The notes: a model not told the origin generated them from the sequence alone. A stretch of DNA of 64,000 nucleotides from Desulfatiglandales bacterium (GCA_963662465.1 OY759599.1:7840001-7904000); one strand, 5' to 3'. Positions 49,237 to 58,454 are shown, counted from the stretch's first letter. Numbers and translations are program-made.

Positions 49237-49380
49237 CAACCTATTGCAGGTTTTTCAATGAAAAGGTCACCACAAGATATTGGTTATTGTCCAAACGGTT
49301 TTGTTTCCAGATGCTGTAATTGCCATCAGTAATTTGCTCAAACAAACCATTAACACCAAACCAGGAAAGGAGAACCGTAC

Positions 49381-49722
49381 ATGTCCATTGAAGGCGCAAA
49401 AGCATTTTTGGAAAGAATCAAAACCGACGAGGATTTCAGGAAGAGCGTCGGGGAAATTGCTACAGAGGAAGAACGCATGGAATACGTCAAAGGGGCAGGA
49501 TTTGATTTTACGAAAGATGAGATGGCAAATATTAAAGACGAACTTACGGAAGATGAGTTGTTACGGGTCTCAGGGGGCCGGTGGTCATTTGATTGCCAGG
49601 ATACAATTAATTTATGTGATAATGTGAATCATTCGTCAGCCTCAAATATTGGGAAGGTTTGCGAAAGAGGCAGGGATGGCCCTCGGTCTAGACCGGGAAG
49701 CCTCACGCCTTGCGCAGATTAA
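49381..49722 (+). CDS. Nif11-like leader peptide RiPP precursor
   Basis: RBS aaggag; MSIEGAKAFLERIKTDEDFR...AGFDFT..ELTEDELLRVSGG leader, then a Cys-containing core. Confidence 0.88.
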   Translation: MSIEGAKAFLERIKTDEDFRKSVGEIATEEERMEYVKGAGFDFTKDEMANIKDELTEDELLRVSGGRWSFDCQDTINLCDNVNHSSASNIGKVCERGRDGPRSRPGSLTPCAD

Positions 49723-50235
49723 TGCCGCGTATTCGCAATTTTATGAGGACATAGGCCAAGTGACGTTTAACGCCACCTCTTCGGGAAACCAGCAATAATT
49801 CCAACGTATTTGGAGGATAGAATCCACGTTAATATTCTCAATATATGTCAGATACGAGCGGCCCTGAGAGATGGAATCGATCTCAACGTTCGTTCAAGTC
49901 CCCGGATTTGATGATATCACAGATTTTTTTGATTTTTACGATATTTTGGTTTTTGAAAGTAGTTCAGTCCATGCCTACACACCTTTTGATTATTGTCCCT
50001 GAGCCATTGAGCAAACCCCTACTTGGCAAGTTGCTGAAAAAAAGTGATTCTTGGGTGACAATCGGATATGCATGCTTCCGTCCACCTTTTTGTTTTGAGA
50101 GCCGTGTGGTTGAATGACGGATCGGCTGGGAGTGATACACAAACATCAGGTGCAAGTCAAGCGGATCAGGCGGATCGTGTCGGTGATTTGGATGGAATTT
50201 GGCTTTCCCAAATAAATAGAAAGGAGTGAAAAAAG

Positions 50236-51540
50236 ATGAAAAAAAGAATCATATTCAACTTGGTACTGGTCGCGCTGTTAGTATTTGGGCAAAATCTATT
50301 TGCCGTTGAGGTGGCTTCGGAGGCCGACACATTTGAACCGGATGATGAGGGAATCGTATCGCCGCAAGGAGAGGAATCCTCGACGAACACCTTTTATGGA
50401 TTAAGTGCCGGAGAAAATACCGAGGGGTTGGTTCGCTACGACTCCTTTTTCGGAGCCCGTGCCGGGGCTTCTAATTCCTCTGGGTTTTGCAACTCATTTT
50501 TCGGACATGAATCCGGAGAGGAAAACACAGAAGGGTACAATAATTCCTTTTTCGGAAATGAATCCGGAAAGAAAAACACAGAAGGGTACAATAATTCCTT
50601 TTTCGGATATGGTACCGGGTTTTCTAACATCACCGGGAAGTACAACTCATTTTTCGGGATGTTTGCAGGCTTTAGTAACCTCACCGGCTTCCAAAACGCC
50701 TTTTTCGGATATAAGGCCGGCTATACTAACGAGACCGGGATGTACAACTCCTTTTTCGGAAACGAGGCCGGGTTTTCTAACACCGGGCACTTCAACTCCT
50801 TTTTCGGATGGCGTGCCGGATATAAAAATGATCAGGGATTTGGAAACGTTTTTTCCGGAATGGATGCCGGGTTTAATAACACCACTGGGGACGAAAACTC
50901 TTGTTTCGGGTATCTTGCCGGGGTTTCTAACGAGACCGGGAACCAAAACGCCTTTTTCGGAGGGCATGCAGGACGTAGTAATAAGGAGGGCTCGGGAAAC
51001 GTCTTCTTGGGTTACAAAGCAGGATATAACGAGACCGGATCAGAAAGGCTTTACATTGCTAATTCAAGCACCGATACGCCCCTCATTTACGGGGAATTCG
51101 ATAACAGATTTGTGAAGATCAATGCCAATTTTACGGCAACCGCCACATCCATTTCCTCTGATATACGCTGGAAGAAGAACGTGCAGCTGCTTAAATCCTC
51201 CCTGGCCAGCGTATCCGCGCTTCAGGGAGTGAGCTATGAATGGAAAATGAACGAATACCGGAACCAGGCTTTTAAGGAAGGCCGACAGATCGGTTTGGTG
51301 GCCCAGGATGTGGAAAAGGTGCTACCGGAGCTGGTATCTGAAGATACAGAGGGCTACAAGGCTGTATCTTACGCCAAGCTGACTGCCGTGCTGGTAGAGG
51401 CAGTTAAGGAATTAAAGGCTCAGAATGAAATACAAAAAGCTGAGGATGCTGAAATCCGAAGCGAGAACAAATCACTTATAGCCGAGAATGCCATCCTTAA
51501 AAAGGATATTGATAAGATTAAAAAGATCCTTGGCATTTAA
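50236..51540 (+). CDS. Secreted fibre-like repeat protein with a C-terminal peptidase S74 chaperone (autocleavage) domain
   Basis: Signal peptide, about a dozen 17-aa NSFFGxxAG repeats, SSDIRWKKN, IGLVAQDVE..PELV, VSYAKLTAVLVEAVKEL, coiled coil. Confidence 0.88.
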   Translation: MKKRIIFNLVLVALLVFGQNLFAVEVASEADTFEPDDEGIVSPQGEESSTNTFYGLSAGENTEGLVRYDSFFGARAGASNSSGFCNSFFGHESGEENTEGYNNSFFGNESGKKNTEGYNNSFFGYGTGFSNITGKYNSFFGMFAGFSNLTGFQNAFFGYKAGYTNETGMYNSFFGNEAGFSNTGHFNSFFGWRAGYKNDQGFGNVFSGMDAGFNNTTGDENSCFGYLAGVSNETGNQNAFFGGHAGRSNKEGSGNVFLGYKAGYNETGSERLYIANSSTDTPLIYGEFDNRFVKINANFTATATSISSDIRWKKNVQLLKSSLASVSALQGVSYEWKMNEYRNQAFKEGRQIGLVAQDVEKVLPELVSEDTEGYKAVSYAKLTAVLVEAVKELKAQNEIQKAEDAEIRSENKSLIAENAILKKDIDKIKKILGI

Positions 51541-51705
51541 GCGCCTACAGTCAAACTGAGTTAAGCATCTCAGAATTATGGCTCAAACTGCTTTTGGGAT
51601 CTCATAAGGCCCACTCAACGATCCCGAACGTAATGGATATCTCAACCAATTTCTACCAGTCTAATGGTTGAGATACCATCATTGGTAGGGAGGCAGATTT
51701 AGGGT

Positions 51706-51958
51706 TAATACCCGTGAATGAATGACGTTCATCTTCATTGATTGATCTGTATTTTACCATGAAGGGCATAAAGACCATGAAGAAGTCCACTTTGAGGACT
51801 TGAAAAGGGATAGCTAGAATCGGATTAAATGATATTAATTGACATATCTTTATGATTTTGGGAAATCCGTTTCATCTTTTCACCGACCCTCTTCACGTCC
51901 TTCATGGTCTTCATGGTAGATTAAATAAAACATGAATCAAATTCATTCACGGGTATTG
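51706..51958. mobile_element. 253-bp MITE (IS4-like ends) with a 10-bp target-site duplication
   Basis: Terminal inverted repeats (t)aatacccgtgaatgaat / attcattcacgggtatt(g); direct repeat gatttagggt at 51696-51705 and 51959-51968. Confidence 0.85.
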
Positions 51959-52128
51959 GATTTAGGGTAGAGAGATGCGTGAACCGCCCGCTCTTTTTAT
52001 GTCTTCAGGCTTGACATATCTCCAACATATCTCAGGCGGCTACCATGTTGACATAAGAGCCACACATCAAAGAGGTAAGGCTCAATTTTAGAGTAGTAAG
52101 AACGGCGTTTCTTGACTGATATTGAAAA

Positions 52129-52570
52129 GTTCGTTGCAACAAAGGAAGACGGAGTTGGCGAACCAAATGCTGCTCGCGCCGAGGTAAGCCCGAAACCTTG
52201 GGAACCCGCGTAAATCGGGATGAAATTGGTTATTGTTATCCAGTGGGTGATTGCGGAAAGCGAAAGTCCCACCCGAGTAAAGGTTAGCTACCAGCTCGGT
52301 AGTGAGGCCCACGTGCAAACCGGGTAACCGGCGTACGAAGCTGGACGGAACGAGAATCCAGGACGTGTATTGAGCCCCGAAAAATGTATAGTTGTGGTCA
52401 TTGGATAATCCTGCAAGTGTGGGAGAAAGCCGACGCTTTGGAACACGCGGAAGGCCGCAGACCTGAATGCGTTCGGGCGAGTGTTGAGGTCACCACCGGG
52501 GTCTGAGACCAGGGCATGGATTCAAATGGATAGCTCGGGAACTCGGAGTCTTCGCTTATCTGGGAGAGCC
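52129..52570 (+). ncRNA. Group II intron 5' remnant (domain I); no RT ORF or domains V/VI
   Basis: GTTCG start, gaaagtcccacccgagtaa, tattgagccccgaaa, gccgacgct..gcggaaggc, ccaccggggtctgagaccagggcatg, gggaact..gggagagcc are recognisable domain I motifs. Confidence 0.7.
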
Positions 52571-52664
52571 AAAAGTTTCCTTGTTTAGACACCTGGAAGA
52601 TGAGGGGCGTCGGGAGATCAAGAGCTCCGCCGTTAGCGGGAGGCTTTTACCCGCAGGGGTTGTT

Positions 52665-52916
52665 ATGGCTGAAGCCGTCTTGTATATCAAGCAGTGGGGA
52701 AACAATTTGGGTAGTCGCTTGCCTGCCGCAGTGGCTCGTGCAGCGTATTTATATGTCGATTAATGTGTTCGCATATCAGTGGAAGATGGGGGTATCGTGA
52801 TTCGGTCTGTAGAGGATGCTGAACTGACATTGGAACAACGCCTGTCTCGGTTTGACCCGGCCCGGCATGGAGGCGAAGTACTGCAGAATCAGGCTGTTGG
52901 GGCTGAGGTAAGGTCA
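52665..52916 (+). pseudogene. mazE: MazE/AbrB antitoxin, copy 2, with premature TAA
   Basis: Colinear with 48246-48497; GAC CAA CGT has become GAT TAA TGT. Confidence 0.85.
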
Positions 52917-52920
52917 AAGC

Positions 52921-53073
52921 AAGGTCGGAAAAACCAGTTATGGACTTTGCCACCAGTCAAAATCATTCGACTGGCGCGTGCGCGGTGCAAGGCCGCATCA
53001 GCTCAAGCGGTTGCCGGATGTGACCTTTGCTGACGTATGCCGCCGTCTGAATCAGATAATCCAACTGGGGTGA
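52921..53073 (+). pseudogene. mazF: MazF toxin C-terminal remnant
   Basis: KTSYGLCHQSKSFDWRVRGARPH...VCRRLNQIIQLG*. Confidence 0.7.
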
Positions 53074-53077
53074 GTTC

Positions 53078-54283
53078 ATGAAAGAAGAAGGAAATTTCCG
53101 AATGGGAAACGGAATAGTATACGAAGGATTGATAGAATGGTTCAGGAAATGCGGTGCATATGTTCCGGAATCCACGGCGTTGTATCCTCTGATGCAAGAG
53201 ACCTATACCGTGGAAGAAGCAGAACTCCTGATGGGCATGCCGCTGACCCTGTGTGAAATTGATGAGTTGGCAAAAAACAAGCGCATGGATCCCTTAGAAC
53301 TGTGTGAGAAATTGGATGCACTGGCCGGTAGAGGGCTTGTTTACCGTATCCATTCGCGGGGAAAAATAAAATATCGCCTGAATCCGCCGCGATTCGTATT
53401 TTTGCGCAGTTTCTTCTGGTCTGGAAGCGACGATGAGCGCATAAAATCAGTGGCCCCCCATGTCACCCGCTATTATCTTGACGGTCTGGGGGACCACTGG
53501 AAAGATGTGAAAACCAAGGGCCTCCGGGCCATACCCATCGAAAAAACAATCGATGATCCGCGTTGTATTCTTCCCTACGAAGCCGTGTTGAAGGTATTGC
53601 AGGCTCAGGATCGTTTTGCGGTGGCCACATGCGCCTGCAGGCATCGAAAAAACAGCGACCCTGATCTTCCGGATTGTAAACACGAAACGGAAAATTGTCT
53701 TCATTTCGGAAAATTTGCCGATTACATCATTGAAAATGGCCTCGGCCGAGAGATTGATCTTGAGGAATGCCAAAAGATCCTGGCCAGGGCCGCCGATGCG
53801 GGTCTGGTTCATGCCGCCTCCAACTGGCAAGAAAACGTGGACACCATCTGCAATTGCTGCCAATGCTGTTGTGTGTATTTTCAGGCATTTCATGTACTCA
53901 AGCACGACACAGGTATGAACCATTCCAATTTTGAGGTACACATCAATCCCGACACATGCCTGGGTTGCGGCCTTTGCATCAAACGTTGTCCCATGGATGC
54001 GCTGACGCTTGTGGAAAGTCCTTCGGCAAAAAACAAAACAGGTAAGGTATCAGTTGTTCAGCGGGAGATTTGTATCGGCTGCGGCATATGCGCGTACAAA
54101 TGTCCGACAACATCCCTCATTTTGAAACGGCGCGAACACACCGTGGACCCACCCGTCAATGCCGTTGAACTCAAAAAACGGTATGCCGTGGAAAAAGCGG
54201 AAACCTACGCCAAAGTGGGAGGCCGGATGGGATCGGAAGATATCTATTGGGGTGATATCAGCTCCGGTGAGGCGATTGGGTGA
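53078..54283 (+). CDS. 4Fe-4S dicluster protein with N-terminal HTH-like region
   Basis: CACR, ICNCCQCCC, CLGCGLCIKRCP, CIGCGICAYKCP. Confidence 0.88.
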   Translation: MKEEGNFRMGNGIVYEGLIEWFRKCGAYVPESTALYPLMQETYTVEEAELLMGMPLTLCEIDELAKNKRMDPLELCEKLDALAGRGLVYRIHSRGKIKYRLNPPRFVFLRSFFWSGSDDERIKSVAPHVTRYYLDGLGDHWKDVKTKGLRAIPIEKTIDDPRCILPYEAVLKVLQAQDRFAVATCACRHRKNSDPDLPDCKHETENCLHFGKFADYIIENGLGREIDLEECQKILARAADAGLVHAASNWQENVDTICNCCQCCCVYFQAFHVLKHDTGMNHSNFEVHINPDTCLGCGLCIKRCPMDALTLVESPSAKNKTGKVSVVQREICIGCGICAYKCPTTSLILKRREHTVDPPVNAVELKKRYAVEKAETYAKVGGRMGSEDIYWGDISSGEAIG

Positions 54284-54392
54284 AAAAACTTTGAGATGAA
54301 AATCCCTGGCGCCGTCCCGGATTTGTGCATAAACGAGATGAAGCATCTGTACAGGATTTTCCCAAACCTGCACAACCAAATCTTTTCAATTC

Positions 54393-54600
54393 ATGTGATG
54401 CGCCTGATGATGGCGGAATGAACCTTTTTGGGAAAATCATAAATGGGGTACAGCGGACGCCGTCCGCCCGTATTCTTACCAGGCTTTCTTTCCGTTTGGG
54501 CTCAATGTGGATATCGCAGGCACGCTGGTCGAAGGCATAACTGAGGATGTGGTTCACGGCGTTTACGATATGTTGGTCGTTGGAAGGGAGTTCTTCCGCG
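54393..54600 (-). pseudogene. GspE/PilB secretion ATPase internal fragment
   Basis: DQHIVNAVNHILSYAFDQRACDIHIEP...VRIRADGV, then a frameshift. Confidence 0.75.
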
Positions 54601-54655
54601 TATGATTATTTTTTTAATGGGTTATAGTATGTGAAAAGGTATGCCAGCCATTGTT

Positions 54656-55438
54656 TTATCCGGTTCTGTTTTTGCCGCCCCGGGTCAAGAACGCATGCAC
54701 TTTTGGATCTTTGCATTCCGTTAGCAAGCGCTTGGGGTCGCCCGCGGCGATCATGGTTTTCGTTTCCGCATCCAGGTATACACAGTTGTCCGCCACCGAA
54801 AAAATGCTGGGCAGTTCGTGGGTGACCATGACCATGGTGGTTCCCAGACTGTCCCGAAGTTCCAGAATGAGGTCGTCCAGCAGGGAAGAGGTCACGGGGT
54901 CCAGACCGGCCGAGGGTTCATCAAAGAAAAGAAATTCCGGGTCCAGCGCCAGGGCTCTGGCGACCCCCGCCCGTTTTCGCATGCCGCCGCTGATTTCCGA
55001 AGGGTAATAATCCTCAAAGCCCGAAAGGCCCACCAGGGCAAGCTTGAGTGAAGCCACCTCTTCTATTTCCCGTGGATTGAGGCTGGTAAATTCCCCCAGG
55101 GGCAGCCCTATATTTTCAGTCAGGGTCATGGAACTCCACAGTGCACCGCTCTGATAAACAATGCCGATGTTTCGGGCCAGTTGATCCCGTATGCTTTGGT
55201 CTGCTTCCCAGAAATTGACATCCCCCAGGAAAACCTGGCCTTTTGAGGGTTCTTTGAGTCCGGTCAGACACCGCATCACCGTGGTTTTCCCGCATCCGCT
55301 GCCCCCCATGAGGACGAAAATTTCGCCTTTTTTAACGGAAAAATTGAGGTTACTCTGGATCACGAAATCGCCGTAGGCGATTTCAAGGTTTTGGGTGGTG
55401 ATGGCGGGCGTTTTTTCCGGCATGGTTACGATTCCCAA
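54656..55438 (-). CDS. mlaF: MlaF-type ABC ATPase
   Basis: GGSGCGKT, ISGGMRKRAGVARAL, FDEPSAGLDP, VTHEL. Confidence 0.9.
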   Translation of the reverse strand: MGIVTMPEKTPAITTQNLEIAYGDFVIQSNLNFSVKKGEIFVLMGGSGCGKTTVMRCLTGLKEPSKGQVFLGDVNFWEADQSIRDQLARNIGIVYQSGALWSSMTLTENIGLPLGEFTSLNPREIEEVASLKLALVGLSGFEDYYPSEISGGMRKRAGVARALALDPEFLFFDEPSAGLDPVTSSLLDDLILELRDSLGTTMVMVTHELPSIFSVADNCVYLDAETKTMIAAGDPKRLLTECKDPKVHAFLTRGGKNRTG

Positions 55439-55453
55439 AAGAATGACATATCA

Positions 55454-56062
55454 TTAGCGGCGCCCCTGAATGCCCTCGGCGATTTCATGGCTTAAAGCCT
55501 CAACCAGACGACTCTGGGCCGACACCAGTGCCCCGTAGCCGGGCATTACGTTGGATTTATTGAACCGTGATTTTCGGGTTGCCACAATTTGGCTGTCTTT
55601 TCCCTTCAGAATTGACCACTGGGCCATCAAATGAACTTCTCCACCCGGATTGCCGTCCATTTGAACAATTTCCACGCTCACCTGATAATCTACCGTGGTG
55701 GGGCATTTGAACGGGAAAACGGCAAAACGGTCCGCCGGGAGCAGGCGGGAGAGGTTCAGTGCCAGTACGCAGGTGAGGTTGTCCCTCAGGGATTCTCCCC
55801 ACTGGTTTAGATCCGCCAGGTGGATTTCATTTTCACTGACCCGGGTGACAATTTCCGGTCGGTCCAGATACCCTGAAATTGTCACCGCGTCGACCCGGAT
55901 GGTAATCGGCTCTTGGCTATAAGTCATGCCGGCTTCAGACTCAGGGGGGGGCAATGGGCTCAACAGATAGAATTTGGTGGGGGGGCTGGTGGCGCACCCC
56001 AGGGGATAGAGGCACAACAGGATTAAAAAAAGTGTTTTGAAAAGGGGAAATAAAAGATGCAT
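55454..56062 (-). CDS. PqiC-like ABC auxiliary lipoprotein
   Basis: Lipobox PLGC, TKFYLL, YLDRPEIVTR, QWGESL. Confidence 0.85.
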   Translation of the reverse strand: MHLLFPLFKTLFLILLCLYPLGCATSPPTKFYLLSPLPPPESEAGMTYSQEPITIRVDAVTISGYLDRPEIVTRVSENEIHLADLNQWGESLRDNLTCVLALNLSRLLPADRFAVFPFKCPTTVDYQVSVEIVQMDGNPGGEVHLMAQWSILKGKDSQIVATRKSRFNKSNVMPGYGALVSAQSRLVEALSHEIAEGIQGRR

Positions 56063-56065
56063 GTT

Positions 56066-57121
56066 CTACCTCCGGTTAGGGTCACTTTTTCCCCGGAGCA
56101 GGGCTTCGGGATGTCGCGACAGGTAATTGGCCAGGGAGCGGATGGATCGTGCCATTTCCGAGAACTCCCGCAGGGTGTTATCCAGCTGATTCAGGAGTGG
56201 GGAATCCTTTCCCAACCGGCTCTGAAGGACTTCCAGGGTTTCTCTGGCCTGATTCATGGCTTCGTGGGATGCCTCAAGCCCCTTGGCGATTTTGGCGGCC
56301 AGGGTTTCCAGCTTTTTATCCATGCTTTTGACCAGTTCACGGGCATCTGTAACGGTATGATTGGCATTGGCCATCAGGGGGTCTACTTGGGCGTTTACAG
56401 TGGTGGCGATTTTTTTGTATTCCGCCAGGGTATCATCAATGCCGTCTCCCAGGGGACCCACTCGGCTGTCCACATCATTGATCAATCGGCGGGCATCTGC
56501 CAGTGCCAGGTTCGTGGAATGGATAATCTCCGGTATTTCCGGTGATTTAAGAATTTTTTCGAGGGCCTTGACAGTGGACATGAGCCCTTCCAGGGTTTCC
56601 TCCAGGGGCAGCCCCTTGAGGGTATCAAAAATGGCTTGAAATGTGGATGGAATGGTCGGTATTTCAGGATATTCTTTGCTAAGCCCAACGAGTTTCACGG
56701 GAGTATTCGGGTAATAATCCAGTTCGATGATGAGCTGGCCCGTGATCAGGCTGCCCATGGTTAGTTGGGCCCGCAAACCCCGTTTAATGAGCAGCGGCAG
56801 GACCTTGTCCATGGAAATACGTTTTCCTTTGATCAACCTGATTTTGTCAGGCTCGGTTTCAATGATGACGGGCACATAAAACACCAGGGTTTTGGGGTTG
56901 TACTCAACATTGATGTTTTTTACCGAGCCGACTTTTACCCCACCCACCAGCACCGGCGCTCCCACGCTCAATCCTTTGACGGAGCCCTCGAAAAAAAGGA
57001 CAAACTCGGTTGTTTTTTTCATGAACTTCCCACCGCCGAATACCATGAGGCCGGCCGCAATGAGAATTGCCGCACCCACCACAAAAGCGCCGATAAGGGT
57101 CTTACTTGCCTTTCCGTTCAT
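56066..57121 (-). CDS. MCE (MlaD/PqiB-like) protein
   Basis: FEGSVKGLSVGAPV..GVKVGSV, GLRAQL..SLITGQL, HPEALLRGK. Confidence 0.9.
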   Translation of the reverse strand: MNGKASKTLIGAFVVGAAILIAAGLMVFGGGKFMKKTTEFVLFFEGSVKGLSVGAPVLVGGVKVGSVKNINVEYNPKTLVFYVPVIIETEPDKIRLIKGKRISMDKVLPLLIKRGLRAQLTMGSLITGQLIIELDYYPNTPVKLVGLSKEYPEIPTIPSTFQAIFDTLKGLPLEETLEGLMSTVKALEKILKSPEIPEIIHSTNLALADARRLINDVDSRVGPLGDGIDDTLAEYKKIATTVNAQVDPLMANANHTVTDARELVKSMDKKLETLAAKIAKGLEASHEAMNQARETLEVLQSRLGKDSPLLNQLDNTLREFSEMARSIRSLANYLSRHPEALLRGKSDPNRR

Positions 57122-57179
57122 CGTTTCTCAATCTCCTCAACCGTGGGTTGCTATTTCATGGGGGTTCCCCGTGGAGAAT

Positions 57180-58340
57180 TTAAATGCCCAGTACATTCGT
57201 GATGACCGTGATGATGGCCGTGGCCACAATAATCAGTACAATGCCTGTTACCACCGCGGAGGTGGCTGCATCGCCCACGGCGGATGCACTGCGACCGCAT
57301 TGCATTCCTCTCAGACATCCGGACACGGCGATCAAAATGCCGAAGACGGCGCTCTGGAAAAGGCCGATCCAGAGGTCGTTCAGCCCAACCGAGGCCTTGG
57401 TCTGGTTGAAATATTCCATCATGTTCAGGTCCAGCATTCCCACGCCTACGATGAACCCTCCCAGGATTCCCATGAGGTCCGCATAAAGGCACAACAGGGG
57501 CATCATGAGGGTGAGCCCCAGTATTCGCGGCAATACCAGAAATTCCATGGGGGAGATGCCCATGGTTTTAAAGGCATCGATCTCTTCGTTTACCTGCATG
57601 GTGCCCAGTTGGGCGGCAAAGGCGGCGCCTGTTCGTCCGGCCATGATGATGCCGGCCATGACGGCCCCCATGACCCGAACCATGGCGATGCCCACCAGGT
57701 TGGCCACGTATATCTGCGCGCCGAACATCATCAACTGAATAGCCCCTATAAATGCGAGGATCAGCCCCACCAGCAGGCTGATCAGGGAAACGATGGGGAG
57801 CGCTTCAATGCCGCAGTCCTGAAGTATTCGGACCAGATCTGAGCGGCGAAAGCGGGCCTTGCCCGCCAGAAATCTGGTAAATGCGGTAGAGGTTTCCCCC
57901 ACAAAGGCCAGCGCTTCTCCGGAGGCACGAAAAAATGCCATGGATTCGGCGCCGACGCGGAAAAGGAAGGATTCGGTTTGCGTTTTTTTTCGTGCCCCTT
58001 TTTTTTCGGGTACGGCCGCTGCAAGATCCAGGAGTTTTTTGGCGCCTTCCGGCAGGCCGCTCTGGTCCACGCTGATGCCCTGTTTGGAAGCGAGGTCGAT
58101 CACCTGTCCCAGAAATATGAGCAAACCGCTGTCCCAGTTCGTAACATCCGTTGTGTTGAAGGCAATTTCCACGGCGCCGGCGGCCATTTCATTTTTTACA
58201 AGGTCTACCGGGGGGCGTTTGGTTTTGAGGGTCCAGCTTCCGGAGAGGGTTATCAGAAGTGTTTTGTCATGAGAACGGTCGAAAGAAAGTTCGCAGGCTT
58301 GTGATTGTGTTGTACCGGTTTTAGGGCCGTGTGGTTTCAT
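57180..58340 (-). CDS. mlaE: MlaE permease with N-terminal STAS-like domain
   Basis: WDSGL, AGRTGAAFAAQLGTMQVNEEIDA, LVLPR, VGDAATSAVV. Confidence 0.92.
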   Translation of the reverse strand: MKPHGPKTGTTQSQACELSFDRSHDKTLLITLSGSWTLKTKRPPVDLVKNEMAAGAVEIAFNTTDVTNWDSGLLIFLGQVIDLASKQGISVDQSGLPEGAKKLLDLAAAVPEKKGARKKTQTESFLFRVGAESMAFFRASGEALAFVGETSTAFTRFLAGKARFRRSDLVRILQDCGIEALPIVSLISLLVGLILAFIGAIQLMMFGAQIYVANLVGIAMVRVMGAVMAGIIMAGRTGAAFAAQLGTMQVNEEIDAFKTMGISPMEFLVLPRILGLTLMMPLLCLYADLMGILGGFIVGVGMLDLNMMEYFNQTKASVGLNDLWIGLFQSAVFGILIAVSGCLRGMQCGRSASAVGDAATSAVVTGIVLIIVATAIITVITNVLGI

Positions 58341-58378
58341 AGTAAACCCTCATGGCAAGGGGATTTGCCACCCCCAAA

Positions 58379-58454
58379 CATGAAAATAACATCTACCGCT
58401 TTTAAGCTAACGGCTAACAGCTAACAGCTAACAGCTAACAGCTGCATTTTCATG
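58379..58454. repeat. GCTAACA heptamer x5 enclosed by a 9-bp inverted repeat
   Basis: catgaaaat ... (gctaacR)5 gct ... attttcatg. Confidence 0.75.

Noticed and set aside
34223..49722. B12 radical SAM plus Nif11 precursor as one biosynthetic cluster
   Set aside because: They are more than 13 kb apart with unrelated genes between and no transporter or peptidase.
50440..51040. Regularly spaced repeats resembling a CRISPR array or DGR repeats
   Set aside because: The 51-bp period is in-frame coding for 17-aa repeats; there are no unique spacers, cas genes or RT.
50236..51540. Prophage
   Set aside because: A single fibre-like gene with a signal peptide; no terminase, capsid, integrase or lysis genes.
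52600..52645. ccgccGTTAGCG before mazE copy 2 as an attC targeted by the intron
   Set aside because: Only an R'-like heptamer; no R'' or stem was found, and the intron 5' flank is not hairpin-like.
56892..57842. 316-aa His/Asp-rich plus-strand ORF
   Set aside because: Antisense shadow of the hydrophobic MlaE and MCE genes.
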